The notes beneath the pieces were generated by a model. That model saw only the letters and a program-made list of their open reading frames with translations. It was not told where the DNA came from and ran no database searches. Positions 7,695 to 16,268 of a stretch of 28,169 bases of DNA are shown in pieces (positions within the stretch are counted from its first letter, which is position 1; each line of letters starts with the position of its first letter). Both the position numbers and the translations under genes were made by a program. The DNA comes from a virus (Duplodnaviria; Caudoviricetes): positions 1-28,169 of IMG/VR virus record IMGVR_UViG_3300033489_000049; one strand, 5' to 3'.

Positions 7695-9204
7695 CAAATC
7701 TCCCGGATAAATCGGCCAAAGTAAAGGCCTTTTGCATGAGATCCCCCAAAGAGGATGTGTCCATGTCTCCATATAGTTCCAGCAATCGGTCTCGGAATTC
7801 CTCTATGGAACTGACCGAAGACAGCAGCTTTTCAACCGGCGCCATAAGGTCGTCAATGGATGCGCTTTCCAGCGTTTTTTCTGATAGGGCATCCAGCGTA
7901 TCCGCCGGAGACGGGTCTGCCGCTTCCGCAAACTCCCTGCCCGTATTGGGTACTGGATATTGGGTATCTGCTGCCTGATACCTGGCCACTACAACCTCCT
8001 CCCCCTCTTCGGGTTCCGGGATATTGTAGGTTTCATAAAAATATTGTTTCGAGATGGGCACACCAATTCTGGTCAATATCTCATCCCGTTCAGCCAGAGG
8101 CTTCAGATCTCCCTCTTCCTTTGTCCTGACCCATAATTTCGGATAGTCCGAAACATCTGGAAAGTTGTAATCCACGATCCATTTCACCAGGGTATCGTTT
8201 AAACATTCACACAACAGATCCGCATCGGCTTTGAGAACATCTTCCCGGACATCGTTATGCGTCTGGCTTGCCGCATAAGATCCTTCTCCCTTAACTTCCG
8301 TTGTCAGCGTCTGGCCCAGGACGGCTTTGGATATCTGCCGGTCCATGTAGTCGCAAAGTGTCTCATAAGATACATGCCCCTGTCTGGCAGCTTCCAGTAA
8401 CTCGATAGCCATGTTTTCCGGAATGATAATGCCCGTCTCTTGGTGAATCGCTTCGAGGGCGTTGAGCAGCTTTGCCTGCTCAGCCGGATCGGCGCCGGGC
8501 GGGTACTTCCCCACGCCTGTGGGTCCCCCAAACTTTTCCAGGAAAACCAGCCAGAATTTAATGCCGTTTTTCTTGAACCATACCGGCCACCAGAGCTTTT
8601 GCCCCAGTCCCGAACCGTAAGGGTTGTCGCTGGAACCATAGGTAAAAACGATGAACTTACGGTCTGGCACCGGCTCTCCGTCGATCATATTGTTTAGTGT
8701 AAGCAGCCGAAGCTCCCGGTCCATCGTAAAAACAAATCTCCTGGGATGTTTGGCCCGAATCTTTTGCGGGATCACATATCCTGAAACCACCTGCCATAGG
8801 ATTTCCGCCACATAAAACCCATACAAAATCCCCTGCAATAATTCCTGCCGGAACTGGTCGAAATTTATATTCACCAATACTTCCCGGACAAAATCGGCAA
8901 TTGCCTGCGCCCTTTCTTCAGTCCCCGCCTTTCCCGCTTTTCCCGCTTTTCCCGCTTTTTCCTGTCCTGGCAACACTTCCCACTCTTTCCCGGTAACCGC
9001 CAGATACCGGGTTTGAAGCACCGCGCCCGCATGGGCATCCCGGTCTACTTCATCGTAAAGTTTCAATCCCTTGCCGGACGCTTCCGTGCGCAAAACCGGA
9101 TCAGGATTCTCCAGCCGTTTCAGCCATCCGGCAAAGATATCCAGGTCTTTGGATGTGGTTGCGATCTCATCAGTAACCGGTTTTTTTATGTTTTTTCCCG
9201 CCAT
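7678..9204 (-). CDS. Portal protein (Mu gp29/DUF935)
   Basis: NPYGSGL...WWPVWFK...FLEKFG.P, ISKAVLGQTLTT, GSYAASQTHNDVR. Confidence 0.93.
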   Translation of the reverse strand: MAGKNIKKPVTDEIATTSKDLDIFAGWLKRLENPDPVLRTEASGKGLKLYDEVDRDAHAGAVLQTRYLAVTGKEWEVLPGQEKAGKAGKAGKAGTEERAQAIADFVREVLVNINFDQFRQELLQGILYGFYVAEILWQVVSGYVIPQKIRAKHPRRFVFTMDRELRLLTLNNMIDGEPVPDRKFIVFTYGSSDNPYGSGLGQKLWWPVWFKKNGIKFWLVFLEKFGGPTGVGKYPPGADPAEQAKLLNALEAIHQETGIIIPENMAIELLEAARQGHVSYETLCDYMDRQISKAVLGQTLTTEVKGEGSYAASQTHNDVREDVLKADADLLCECLNDTLVKWIVDYNFPDVSDYPKLWVRTKEEGDLKPLAERDEILTRIGVPISKQYFYETYNIPEPEEGEEVVVARYQAADTQYPVPNTGREFAEAADPSPADTLDALSEKTLESASIDDLMAPVEKLLSSVSSIEEFRDRLLELYGDMDTSSLGDLMQKAFTLADLSGRFDAKER

Positions 9205-9298
9205 CCCTTTATCCTTCTAAAACCGTTTGAACCGTTTGAACGGCTTGAACTGTTTTTCCCGTCTTTCCCGCTTTTCTCGCTTTTCTCGCTTGCCGTTC

Positions 9299-10717
9299 TT
9301 AAGCCCCCATATAATTTCCTATCCGGGTGAAATTTCGCTTGCGTCCTGTGGATTGATATTCAATAACCCCCGCGGGCCTGCTGCCCGCATGAATAGCCAA
9401 AGCCAGCGCCCAAAATCTGTCCGCATGGCCGCCAGGTCCGTGATCCGCATCAAACCGGATATTGCCCGCGGCCGTTGTGGTTTTCCGGATGCTGCGCAGA
9501 TCCGCCCGGATCTGATCATCTCTCGGGATCCGGATGGCTTTGTCCTCGAATGCCGCCCGCACCGGGTAGGCCAACTCTTCTTTGACCGGGCCGGTAAACC
9601 GCACCGGCTCAACTTTGTAGCTGCCAAACCGCTCAACCGCTCGCTCGGCAAATTGCATACCCAGGCCTGTATCGTCGATGCAGCACCGTCTCAATCCGGG
9701 CATTGCCAGCAATGGCCAAAGCGCTGCTTCCTGTGCGCTGAACGTCTCTCCCTGGTATGTCCAAAGCCCCCGGGTGAAAAACACGCCTGAAACGCGCTCC
9801 AGGAGCCAAAACACTGTTAAATCATTCTGCCGCCCAACATCCACCCCCAGATATAATTCTTTGGTCTGTGTTTGTCTGTGTGGGTCTGTGGCTAATTTCC
9901 ATTGCTCGTCATGCCTATACTCGCATGAGGCGATCAGGTCGTAAGACAGAAACGCCCCTGCATCGTCTGCCGGAATGCACATATATTCCTGCGCAAATTG
10001 TTCTGAGCTCGCGCACCCTTTCCGGATGTAATCGAAGTACTCGGCCTCATCCATCTCCTGGATGGGATCGTCTTTGGGAAATACCTGCTGCAATTTATAT
10101 AAAAAACCCTGATCTAGGGCGTTTTGCAGAGTAACCGTATGAAGGGAAAAGCCCATCGGGTTGCCCCGGTGCTTTACGTCCTCGCAGATCTCGTTGAAAA
10201 AGTTTACGCTTCCCCTGTGCGTGCTGATGATTTCCAGTTGACCGCCCCAGGTAATCCCGGGATAAGCGATGCTGTATAATTTGCGCGGATCGGGATGAAG
10301 GGCAAACTCATCGAGGATGCGTCCGCCTTTCTTTCCGGACTGCGCGTCGGGGTTGCTGCTCATGCTATGAATTCTTAAACCATTTGCAAATTCCAGCACA
10401 TAAGCGGAAAATTTTTTCTCTTCGTCGATGATCACGGCCCCCAAATCTTTGGCTGCCACATTAAGCATCCGGGCAAAGCGTTTGCAATCTTCCAAGAAAA
10501 GTCGCGCCTGGATGTCATCCCGGCTGCTCACCCATTGCTCATTCCGGGCATCCCTGGGAGCAGTGCGTTCTACCGCACCGTAGGCTGTCCCCCAGGAGAT
10601 TCCGATCTGGCGGCTTTTTTCCATCAGCTTCAACCGGTGATCGTCATCGATCCACCGCTGCTGATAGGGCAGAAAAACCTTGTCGGATCTTTCCGGTATG
10701 ATTTTCGCTTTTCCCAC
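9299..10717 (-). CDS. Terminase large subunit (Mu gp28-like)
   Basis: FLPYQQRW, EKSRQIGISW, ILDEFA, QEYMC, LGVDVGR, HADRFWALALA. Confidence 0.95.
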   Translation of the reverse strand: MGKAKIIPERSDKVFLPYQQRWIDDDHRLKLMEKSRQIGISWGTAYGAVERTAPRDARNEQWVSSRDDIQARLFLEDCKRFARMLNVAAKDLGAVIIDEEKKFSAYVLEFANGLRIHSMSSNPDAQSGKKGGRILDEFALHPDPRKLYSIAYPGITWGGQLEIISTHRGSVNFFNEICEDVKHRGNPMGFSLHTVTLQNALDQGFLYKLQQVFPKDDPIQEMDEAEYFDYIRKGCASSEQFAQEYMCIPADDAGAFLSYDLIASCEYRHDEQWKLATDPHRQTQTKELYLGVDVGRQNDLTVFWLLERVSGVFFTRGLWTYQGETFSAQEAALWPLLAMPGLRRCCIDDTGLGMQFAERAVERFGSYKVEPVRFTGPVKEELAYPVRAAFEDKAIRIPRDDQIRADLRSIRKTTTAAGNIRFDADHGPGGHADRFWALALAIHAGSRPAGVIEYQSTGRKRNFTRIGNYMGA

Positions 10718-10735
10718 TTTCTTGCCTTTCCCTTT

Positions 10736-10763
10736 GTATGGGCGAATAATTATTCGCCCCTAC
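10736..10763. repeat. GTAG-family REP palindrome
   Basis: GTATGGGCGAATAATTATTCGCCCCTAC, a near-perfect palindrome that supplies the small-terminase stop codon. Confidence 0.75.
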
Positions 10764-11332
10764 AGAATCTGCTCTCGAATCGCACGTATTGTTTCCTTGT
10801 CCAGGATGCGGCTGGTTTTCTCTTCTTCCACACCGCTTTCTGTGTATTTCGATTTCATCTTCTCAATCAACGCCATCGTCTTTTCCACTTCCTGCACTGC
10901 TTTCAGGTTGAGTCCTTCGGGCTGTGTCAACATGGCGTTGAGCCGCATTTCCAGGGCGTCGGACAGTGCGGCCACTGCGTCCGCCGGAGTATTGATTTCA
11001 CGGGAGACCCCCATTGCAGGGGATGTTTCATTCCGCTCCGAGCGGGCCGCGATATCTTCCAAACGGGCAAATACATACGCCTGCTGTGGATCTCCCGAGG
11101 TGAGGGCGCGTTCTAAAAATCCCTTTCTCAGCTCGATCTTTTTCCGCCGGATGTCGGATAAGGTTTTCCGGTATTCGGCTTGTTTTTCCTTCCATCCTTC
11201 TTCCGCACTCCAACGCTTTAATGTGGGCAGGGCAATCCCCGTGCGACGGGCAGTTTGCTCTAATGTAATCCCATCCACGATGTACAGATCCTCGGCTGCA
11301 AATCTCAATTCCAGGTCGATGCTTTCACCCAT
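10760..11332 (-). CDS. Terminase small subunit (HTH, DUF1804-like)
   Basis: AEDLYI..GITLEQTARRTGIALPTLKRW..EGW HTH; directly upstream of the large subunit. Confidence 0.8.
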   Translation of the reverse strand: MGESIDLELRFAAEDLYIVDGITLEQTARRTGIALPTLKRWSAEEGWKEKQAEYRKTLSDIRRKKIELRKGFLERALTSGDPQQAYVFARLEDIAARSERNETSPAMGVSREINTPADAVAALSDALEMRLNAMLTQPEGLNLKAVQEVEKTMALIEKMKSKYTESGVEEEKTSRILDKETIRAIREQIL

Positions 11333-11347
11333 TGCGTCAGCTCCATC

Positions 11348-11393
11348 GTAGGGTGCGGCTCCCGCACCGATTGGTGCACAATGTGCACCCTGC
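11348..11393. repeat. Inverted REP doublet (REPIN-like)
   Basis: GTAGGGTGCGGCTCCCGCACC-GATT-GGTGCACAATGTGCACCCTGC. Confidence 0.75.
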
Positions 11394-11431
11394 TTTTCTG
11401 ACCTCCGGCCTCTGACCTCTGACCTCTGGCA

Positions 11432-11680
11432 TTATTGCCTCCCCAGGATTTTTTTCAGCTTGGAGATATCTTCCAGCGCGGCTTTGAGATCGATCTGGGT
11501 CGTTATCAATTGCATGGCCAGCTCCCCGATCATATCGGCCCGGAGCTCTTCTTCTTTCTCCATCGGGTCAAGCAGCTCCCTCAACGATCCCACCATCCCG
11601 CCGATCCGCAACCGCAACCCTTTGATCTCAAGCTCTTTCAGCACCAGCCTTCCTTCGTGTTTCAACCGCTCTTCCGTCAT
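11432..11680 (-). CDS. Hypothetical coiled-coil protein
   Basis: 82-aa helical ORF in operon orientation; GGGGG RBS. Confidence 0.7.
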   Translation of the reverse strand: MTEERLKHEGRLVLKELEIKGLRLRIGGMVGSLRELLDPMEKEEELRADMIGELAMQLITTQIDLKAALEDISKLKKILGRQ

Positions 11681-11692
11681 TTTTCCCCCATT

Positions 11693-11992
11693 TTATGCTC
11701 TCAAGCGCCCCGCCAGCCGGTCTCCCAGCCGGGTCATAGCCTCGGTGTTCATCATCACTACGTCTTTCAAATCTCTCGCCAGCCCTTCATAGCTTTTTAC
11801 CAGATCCACGTTACATTCATACATCCTCACCACCGCCTCGAATCGTCTCATCTGCCAGTAACTGAGCAGCATGGCGAGAATCCACGGACCAATCACGATC
11901 ATCAGCAGCGTCGTCCATAATGGCCAGGTGCCGATCCGTTCCACGATCAAAGCCAGCGAGGTAAGAAACAAGTTGATCTGTTCCGGTGTCAT
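11693..11992 (-). CDS. Membrane protein, putative holin-like lysis protein
   Basis: Hydrophobic N-terminal half, coiled C-terminus; lysis module position. Confidence 0.6.
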   Translation of the reverse strand: MTPEQINLFLTSLALIVERIGTWPLWTTLLMIVIGPWILAMLLSYWQMRRFEAVVRMYECNVDLVKSYEGLARDLKDVVMMNTEAMTRLGDRLAGRLRA

Positions 11993-12201
11993 GCGCTATT
12001 TCCTTTTTTTCGGTTTAAACCGCTTAAACGGTTTTTCCTTTTTGCGTTCATTCGCGTTCATTCGCGGTTACTTTTTTCTCGCCTTTCCCTCTACCAACCG
12101 CGAATACACGCTAATATACGCAAATAATGTATCTTTTTTATTCTTCTTTTATCCCATTCGCGTTTATTGGCGTTCATTCGCGGTTACTTTTTTCTCGCCT
12201 T

Positions 12202-12726
12202 TCATTTGATTTTTACCGCGTCATCGAATACCCCCAGCCCCGGAATGTCGCACGGCCTTGGCGCTTTTCCCGTAGGATTTTTCATGGGGATCCCCGCATT
12301 TTGCCAGGCGAGGTAGGCAAATTCGGAGCAGAAAAACCGCTTCGCTTCGGCGGACACCCGCCCGAATACCTGTCGAAACAGGCTTTCGTAATCGTATTCA
12401 ACGCCAACGAACGATAAAGCCCATGCGCCGATGGCATATCGCTTGTTGTCAAAATCGGTCGATAGCGGCAGCCAAAACGCTTCCCCATTGTGCATAGCAA
12501 GACGCCTGGAAAGAGACGTCAAAACGATCCCCGGCTCCAGCGCTTCTAGCAAAAACACACGATCGTACGGATCATAATATTCTATCCGCACCACCAGGCT
12601 CGTGTGGTTAACGCCCTTGGAAAACATCCGGATCAAAAACCCCAATGCCGTATGTGAACGCCACTGAATCGCATCCCCCGTTTTGATCCTGTGACGATTA
12701 TCCTGATATGCATCATTTACTACCAT
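12202..12726 (-). CDS. Permuted papain-like amidase (YaeF/YiiX, peptidase C92 family)
   Basis: GD.I, NHTSL (His first), YDY, FFCSEF (Cys last). Confidence 0.85.
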   Translation of the reverse strand: MVVNDAYQDNRHRIKTGDAIQWRSHTALGFLIRMFSKGVNHTSLVVRIEYYDPYDRVFLLEALEPGIVLTSLSRRLAMHNGEAFWLPLSTDFDNKRYAIGAWALSFVGVEYDYESLFRQVFGRVSAEAKRFFCSEFAYLAWQNAGIPMKNPTGKAPRPCDIPGLGVFDDAVKIK

Positions 12727-12839
12727 TTGTACTTCCTTCTACCTTCATTATTTCTCGCCCTTCTCGCCTTTCCCGCCTTTCTAACTACTCCTACTACCTC
12801 ATAAACCCTTCATTTACCTGCATTCCGTCAATGTACTTT

Positions 12840-13247
12840 CTACGTACTACCTGTTGTAGTTATAAGTTCAAAATGCGCTAAATCGTGAAAGTCTTCATCA
12901 GATAAAATGAAATTCCGGTTCCAGTCGCCTCCCCACCGGAGGGGTATATCCATCTTTGTGGCGACACCCAGTATATAGCCTGCCATTAAAATAAACCGCT
13001 CCCGGTCATCCCAGTTAATAGGGTAAGGGGCCACATCCACCGCTTCGGATGGCTCCCGGTTATGTTTCGAATTCGGCCATCTCACCTTCGATTTGCCTGT
13101 TTTATATGCTTTGTCCTGGGACACCTGCCCCCGGTGCCCACAGATAATCGTGCAATCGAAGCTCTGAATCACAACGTCAAACACCCGTTGGATATCCGGA
13201 TGACAGGTCGCCAATCGCTTTTTAGATGTTTGGCTGTATTCTGGCAT
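12840..13247 (-). CDS. Endolysin, peptidase M15 (L-Ala-D-Glu peptidase type)
   Basis: CHPDI, GHRG, SKHN..S.AVD, RWGGDW, DLAHFEL. Confidence 0.9.
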   Translation of the reverse strand: MPEYSQTSKKRLATCHPDIQRVFDVVIQSFDCTIICGHRGQVSQDKAYKTGKSKVRWPNSKHNREPSEAVDVAPYPINWDDRERFILMAGYILGVATKMDIPLRWGGDWNRNFILSDEDFHDLAHFELITTTGST

Positions 13248-13272
13248 GTTATTTGCTCCCTTGCCCTAAAAT

Positions 13273-13313
13273 AAAAAAGCCCGGCCACTATACATTTGTA
13301 TAGTAACCGGGCT
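13273..13313 (-). terminator. Intrinsic terminator upstream of the lysis/late operon
   Basis: Minus strand AGCCCGGTTACTATACA-AA-TGTATAGTGGCCGGGCT-TTTTT. Confidence 0.8.
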
Positions 13314-13388
13314 GCGTAAGCCGCTATGTGTTTTTAATTAGGCGTGCGAAACGCGCTTATCTTTTCAACTACAAAAAAACACTGACGT

Positions 13389-14237
13389 TTATTTAAAATA
13401 ATTTAGAACCTTTGGAATGAACTCTACGAGAAGGGGAATCAACACTGCGCTCATCAGGGCACATAATACCCACCAACCTCCTTTTATAGTTGCAAAATTC
13501 CTGTTTAACTCCTCAATGGCCTTAGAAAATTTATCTTCCCCTTTTTCTCTTGCCAGCTTTTCAGATTCAAGTCCTTTAATGATATTTTCGATTTGGCCAT
13601 CGTGGCGATCCAGGCGCTGCCGCCAGTCCTCATGCTCCCTCAACTCTTTTTTTATATTGTTTATATCATCCTGAACCTTTTGGATTGTTTCAATAAAGCC
13701 TTTTGTTCCAACGGGGATGTATTTTTGCATTACATCAACCAACTCGTCAGGAAAATCGTCAAGGCATTCTGTGCAAACTTCAATCTCGTTTAATTCAGGC
13801 TCGCTTAATCGTAAAAAAGTGGCGGCAATAAGTTTTTTGCCGGGTTTGAGATTAAAGGACGTTGATGAAAAATTTAAAAGGCCTACTAAAAGACGCCCTT
13901 GATATCCAGGATCAATTATGAGCCCCCCGAGCGTGAGTATGCCTGCCTGGCTCAATTTGCGCTTTGGACTGAGTTGCGCTATCATATCCTTAGGCAGGCA
14001 TAATCGTTCTTCTGTAAGAACAAACACCACCTCGTTGGGTTCAACAATTAAATCGGCAAATTGAACTTGGGAAAGCTTTGCTGCATCTATCGGCTGCCCA
14101 AACTTGGCTTTCAATATGCGGGTGCTGAGACGGAAATCATACTTGACACCTTCTACGCACTGCTCTAGACCGTTCTGGATAAACGATTGAGATGAAACCG
14201 CGTTCTTAAGCTCTGTTCCGGTAATCATCATCGCCAT
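13389..14237 (-). CDS. dCTP deaminase/dUTPase-fold protein with coiled coil and C-terminal TM helix (moron)
   Basis: YDFRL, VLTEERLCLP, IIDPGYQG, LKPG; C-terminal WWVLCALMSAVLIPLLVEFIP; AT-richer than flanks; GGGAGG RBS. Confidence 0.8.
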   Translation of the reverse strand: MAMMITGTELKNAVSSQSFIQNGLEQCVEGVKYDFRLSTRILKAKFGQPIDAAKLSQVQFADLIVEPNEVVFVLTEERLCLPKDMIAQLSPKRKLSQAGILTLGGLIIDPGYQGRLLVGLLNFSSTSFNLKPGKKLIAATFLRLSEPELNEIEVCTECLDDFPDELVDVMQKYIPVGTKGFIETIQKVQDDINNIKKELREHEDWRQRLDRHDGQIENIIKGLESEKLAREKGEDKFSKAIEELNRNFATIKGGWWVLCALMSAVLIPLLVEFIPKVLNYFK

Positions 14238-14305
14238 AGCGCGCCTCCCTTAAATGTCTGAAGGATGTCATGTGTAAATGCCTGCATCTTGATGATATAT
14301 ATTAT

Positions 14306-14334
14306 TTTTTATACAACATCTTGCGCAATGTCAA
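14306..14334 (-). promoter_or_regulatory. Putative promoter for the Dcd-like gene
   Basis: TTGACA (14334-14329) followed by TGTATAAAAAATAAT. Confidence 0.5.
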
Positions 14335-14485
14335 CTTTTTTTATGGCCAAAACCCAATGTTTGCATTTGGGGCATCGTTTTAAAAGCGATACGAACTCCG
14401 CCTCAGCCAGGATGCGTCCGCACTTGGGGCAAACCACCAAAACGCCTTTATATTCCGGCTTGTTTTTATATGTTTTCAGATGCAC
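14309..14485 (-). CDS. Com-like zinc-ribbon regulator
   Basis: CPKCGRILAEAE....KRCPKCK. The track ATG (14524) lies inside a repeat; GTG 14485 with AAGGGG RBS is preferred. Confidence 0.7.
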   Translation of the reverse strand: MHLKTYKNKPEYKGVLVVCPKCGRILAEAEFVSLLKRCPKCKHWVLAIKKVDIAQDVV

Positions 14486-14541
14486 CGGTCCGCCCCTTAA
14501 TCCCTTCTTTTCATTCGCATTCATTAGCGTTCATTAGCGGT

Positions 14542-14736
14542 TCACACCATCTCAATCGTTTCTTCCACCCGCTCCTGAATATCCCGGAGCCAGATCTCGA
14601 TGTCTTCACGTTGCTGGGTCGGTTTCTCCCCGGTCGGATTGATCAGAAACAACACCGCGCCCAACATGCCACGCAGACGCATGAGATTGTCCGTAATCGC
14701 GTCCCTCCGTTCAAAATTGTCCATCTCGTTTTTCAT
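14542..14736 (-). CDS. Hypothetical protein
   Basis: MKNEMDNF...; GGAGG RBS; overlaps the rha stop. Confidence 0.6.
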   Translation of the reverse strand: MKNEMDNFERRDAITDNLMRLRGMLGAVLFLINPTGEKPTQQREDIEIWLRDIQERVEETIEMV

Positions 14737-15443
14737 AGGGCGCCTCCGATCCGGGGGCAAAACATTCCCGCCGCTTTCAAGGCGTCTTCGTACCGTTGCC
14801 GGATGATGTTCTTTCGTTTGTTCCCGGGTATATACGCAAATTCAACGCCGTGCCGGTCCAGTACTCGCTCGATGTGCCCGATGTTATCCTTCGAAATACC
14901 GCTCAGGCTGGCCGCTTCCCTTTGGGTGAGGCCGATCAGGCGATACCAGACAATCTGCTGCAACAGGTCATCGTCGAGATCGAGCTGCTGGATCAGCAGC
15001 CGGATATCCAGGGAGAGCATGACCCCGGCGGCGTAGCCATCCCTACGGGCTTTCGCCATAGACTCGGGATCCGGAAGTGCGGTAAGTTCCTTATGCCGTA
15101 AACGCTCTTCCATTTGATTGAAGGCTTCCAGAAAGGCGATCTTGAACTGTATGACTCTATCGCCGGTAAACCCCATGACCAGAAGTATGAATCCGTCCCG
15201 GGTGAGACTGTAATGGGATATCTCTTCGCCGGAGGGATTGTTTAACACCTTGATTTTATTAGCCTCAAAATTTTCGGCAGCGAATTCTTCAGGAACTTTT
15301 TCAATGAGATCGTTGATGTCCCTAATGACGTTATCGTGTCGCTTGTCAAAGACCTCTGCGACGTTCAGGCTGGTTGTTTTGGCTTGTTTGTTGATGATAT
15401 TGACGACGGGGTACTTTTCGAATGGTGTAAATAGATTACTCAT
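14733..15443 (-). CDS. rha: Rha family regulatory/antirepressor protein with C-terminal HTH
   Basis: TTSLNVAEVFDKRHDNVIRDI...LTRDGFILLVMGFTG...FKIAFLEAFNQME. Confidence 0.92.
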   Translation of the reverse strand: MSNLFTPFEKYPVVNIINKQAKTTSLNVAEVFDKRHDNVIRDINDLIEKVPEEFAAENFEANKIKVLNNPSGEEISHYSLTRDGFILLVMGFTGDRVIQFKIAFLEAFNQMEERLRHKELTALPDPESMAKARRDGYAAGVMLSLDIRLLIQQLDLDDDLLQQIVWYRLIGLTQREAASLSGISKDNIGHIERVLDRHGVEFAYIPGNKRKNIIRQRYEDALKAAGMFCPRIGGAL

Positions 15444-15485
15444 TTTGTGCCTCCTTGTTGGTTAGTGGTTTCGCCGGATGTGAGC

Positions 15486-15563
15486 GGCGGGACTCAACTA
15501 CCGCAACAAGACGGCCGGGCGTATTCCCCTTGCGGGTGTTGTATTCGGCCCTGTCGACCCGCC
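15486..15563 (-). ncRNA. c4-like antisense RNA controlling rha
   Basis: Closing stem GGCGGG/CCCGCC, GCAA-loop hairpin; CUUGUUG complementary to CAACAAG targets at 15629-15635 and 15454-15460 (overlaps the rha RBS). Confidence 0.7.
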
Positions 15564-15648
15564 ATAGAAGCGTACTAACCCTGATTCCAGGCACAAAAAA
15601 ACCGCTGCTGACGGGTGCGGAAAGACCGCTTGTTGAAATAGTGCGATC

Positions 15649-15678
15649 AGGATAGGCGAAAACCGTGGTGTTTGTCAA
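15649..15678 (-). promoter_or_regulatory. Promoter of the c4-like RNA/rha unit
   Basis: TTGACA, 18-nt spacer, TATCCT. Confidence 0.6.
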
Positions 15679-15679
15679 G

Positions 15680-16000
15680 TTATTTTTCATGCCGTATATA
15701 TTCCATAAATCCAATGACCTGCACATCGGTTACATAATGGAAGATTTCATCGATAAACTCATCCAGTTCTTTGCTTTTAATCCAGGAATTTCCTATAAAA
15801 TCCGAAAACGCCTTTACGCTCTCCATGCCGTTTTGCCTGGCAGTGGTCATGATAAGATTGAGCATTTTCCTTGCTCTTGATCTGGGCGTTTTTTCAAATT
15901 CCCTGTACGCCATAATGCATACCAACTTGACAACGCCTTTTGCGCTAAGAAGAAGCACCTTCTCATCGTCGGCTTCGTTATTTTTTATATTGTCAAGCAT
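15680..16000 (-). CDS. Hypothetical protein
   Basis: 106-aa ORF with AAGGA RBS. Confidence 0.6.
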   Translation of the reverse strand: MLDNIKNNEADDEKVLLLSAKGVVKLVCIMAYREFEKTPRSRARKMLNLIMTTARQNGMESVKAFSDFIGNSWIKSKELDEFIDEIFHYVTDVQVIGFMEYIRHEK

Positions 16001-16087
16001 TATTCCTTATTTCCTTTTCCCCATCCCTGTGATACGGGGTTTTTATCGCCAGATATCAACCCCATACCACAAAGGAGGTGATGCAAA

Positions 16088-16264
16088 ATGGATGACAAGC
16101 AAGCCCTCATGGTAATAGCCAAAGATCTACTCGTTGCGGCAATGCAATCAAAAAACATCGGTCATTTTAGCGCCAGAGATAACGCGGATAGTGTCGCTAA
16201 AATGGGTGAGCTGCATGCAGCACTGACAAAGATCCTCGCAGAAACACTCAAATCTCTCGAATAG
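16088..16264 (+). CDS. Small counter-oriented protein (58 aa)
   Basis: AAAGGAGGTG RBS; MDDKQALMVIAKDLLVAAMQ...ILAETLKSLE*; below the ORF-track cutoff. Confidence 0.7.
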   Translation: MDDKQALMVIAKDLLVAAMQSKNIGHFSARDNADSVAKMGELHAALTKILAETLKSLE

Positions 16265-16268
16265 CGCC

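Noticed and set aside
7695-7772. N-terminal extension of MuF (likewise the HNH 17396-17545 and protease 5604-5636 extensions)
   Set aside because: The extensions overlap upstream genes or lack an RBS; family motifs begin at the downstream ATGs
13389-14237. Housekeeping dcd gene
   Set aside because: Deaminase catalytic motifs appear substituted and a coiled coil plus TM helix is appended, so no gene symbol was given
14486-14524. ORF-track start MNANE for the Com-like gene
   Set aside because: The ATG lies inside a 10-mer repeat arm; the GTG at 14485 has a better RBS
15436-15726. 96-aa Ash-like ORF
   Set aside because: Spans the promoter and the c4-like RNA; its features are better explained by RNA structure, though a short leader peptide is not excluded
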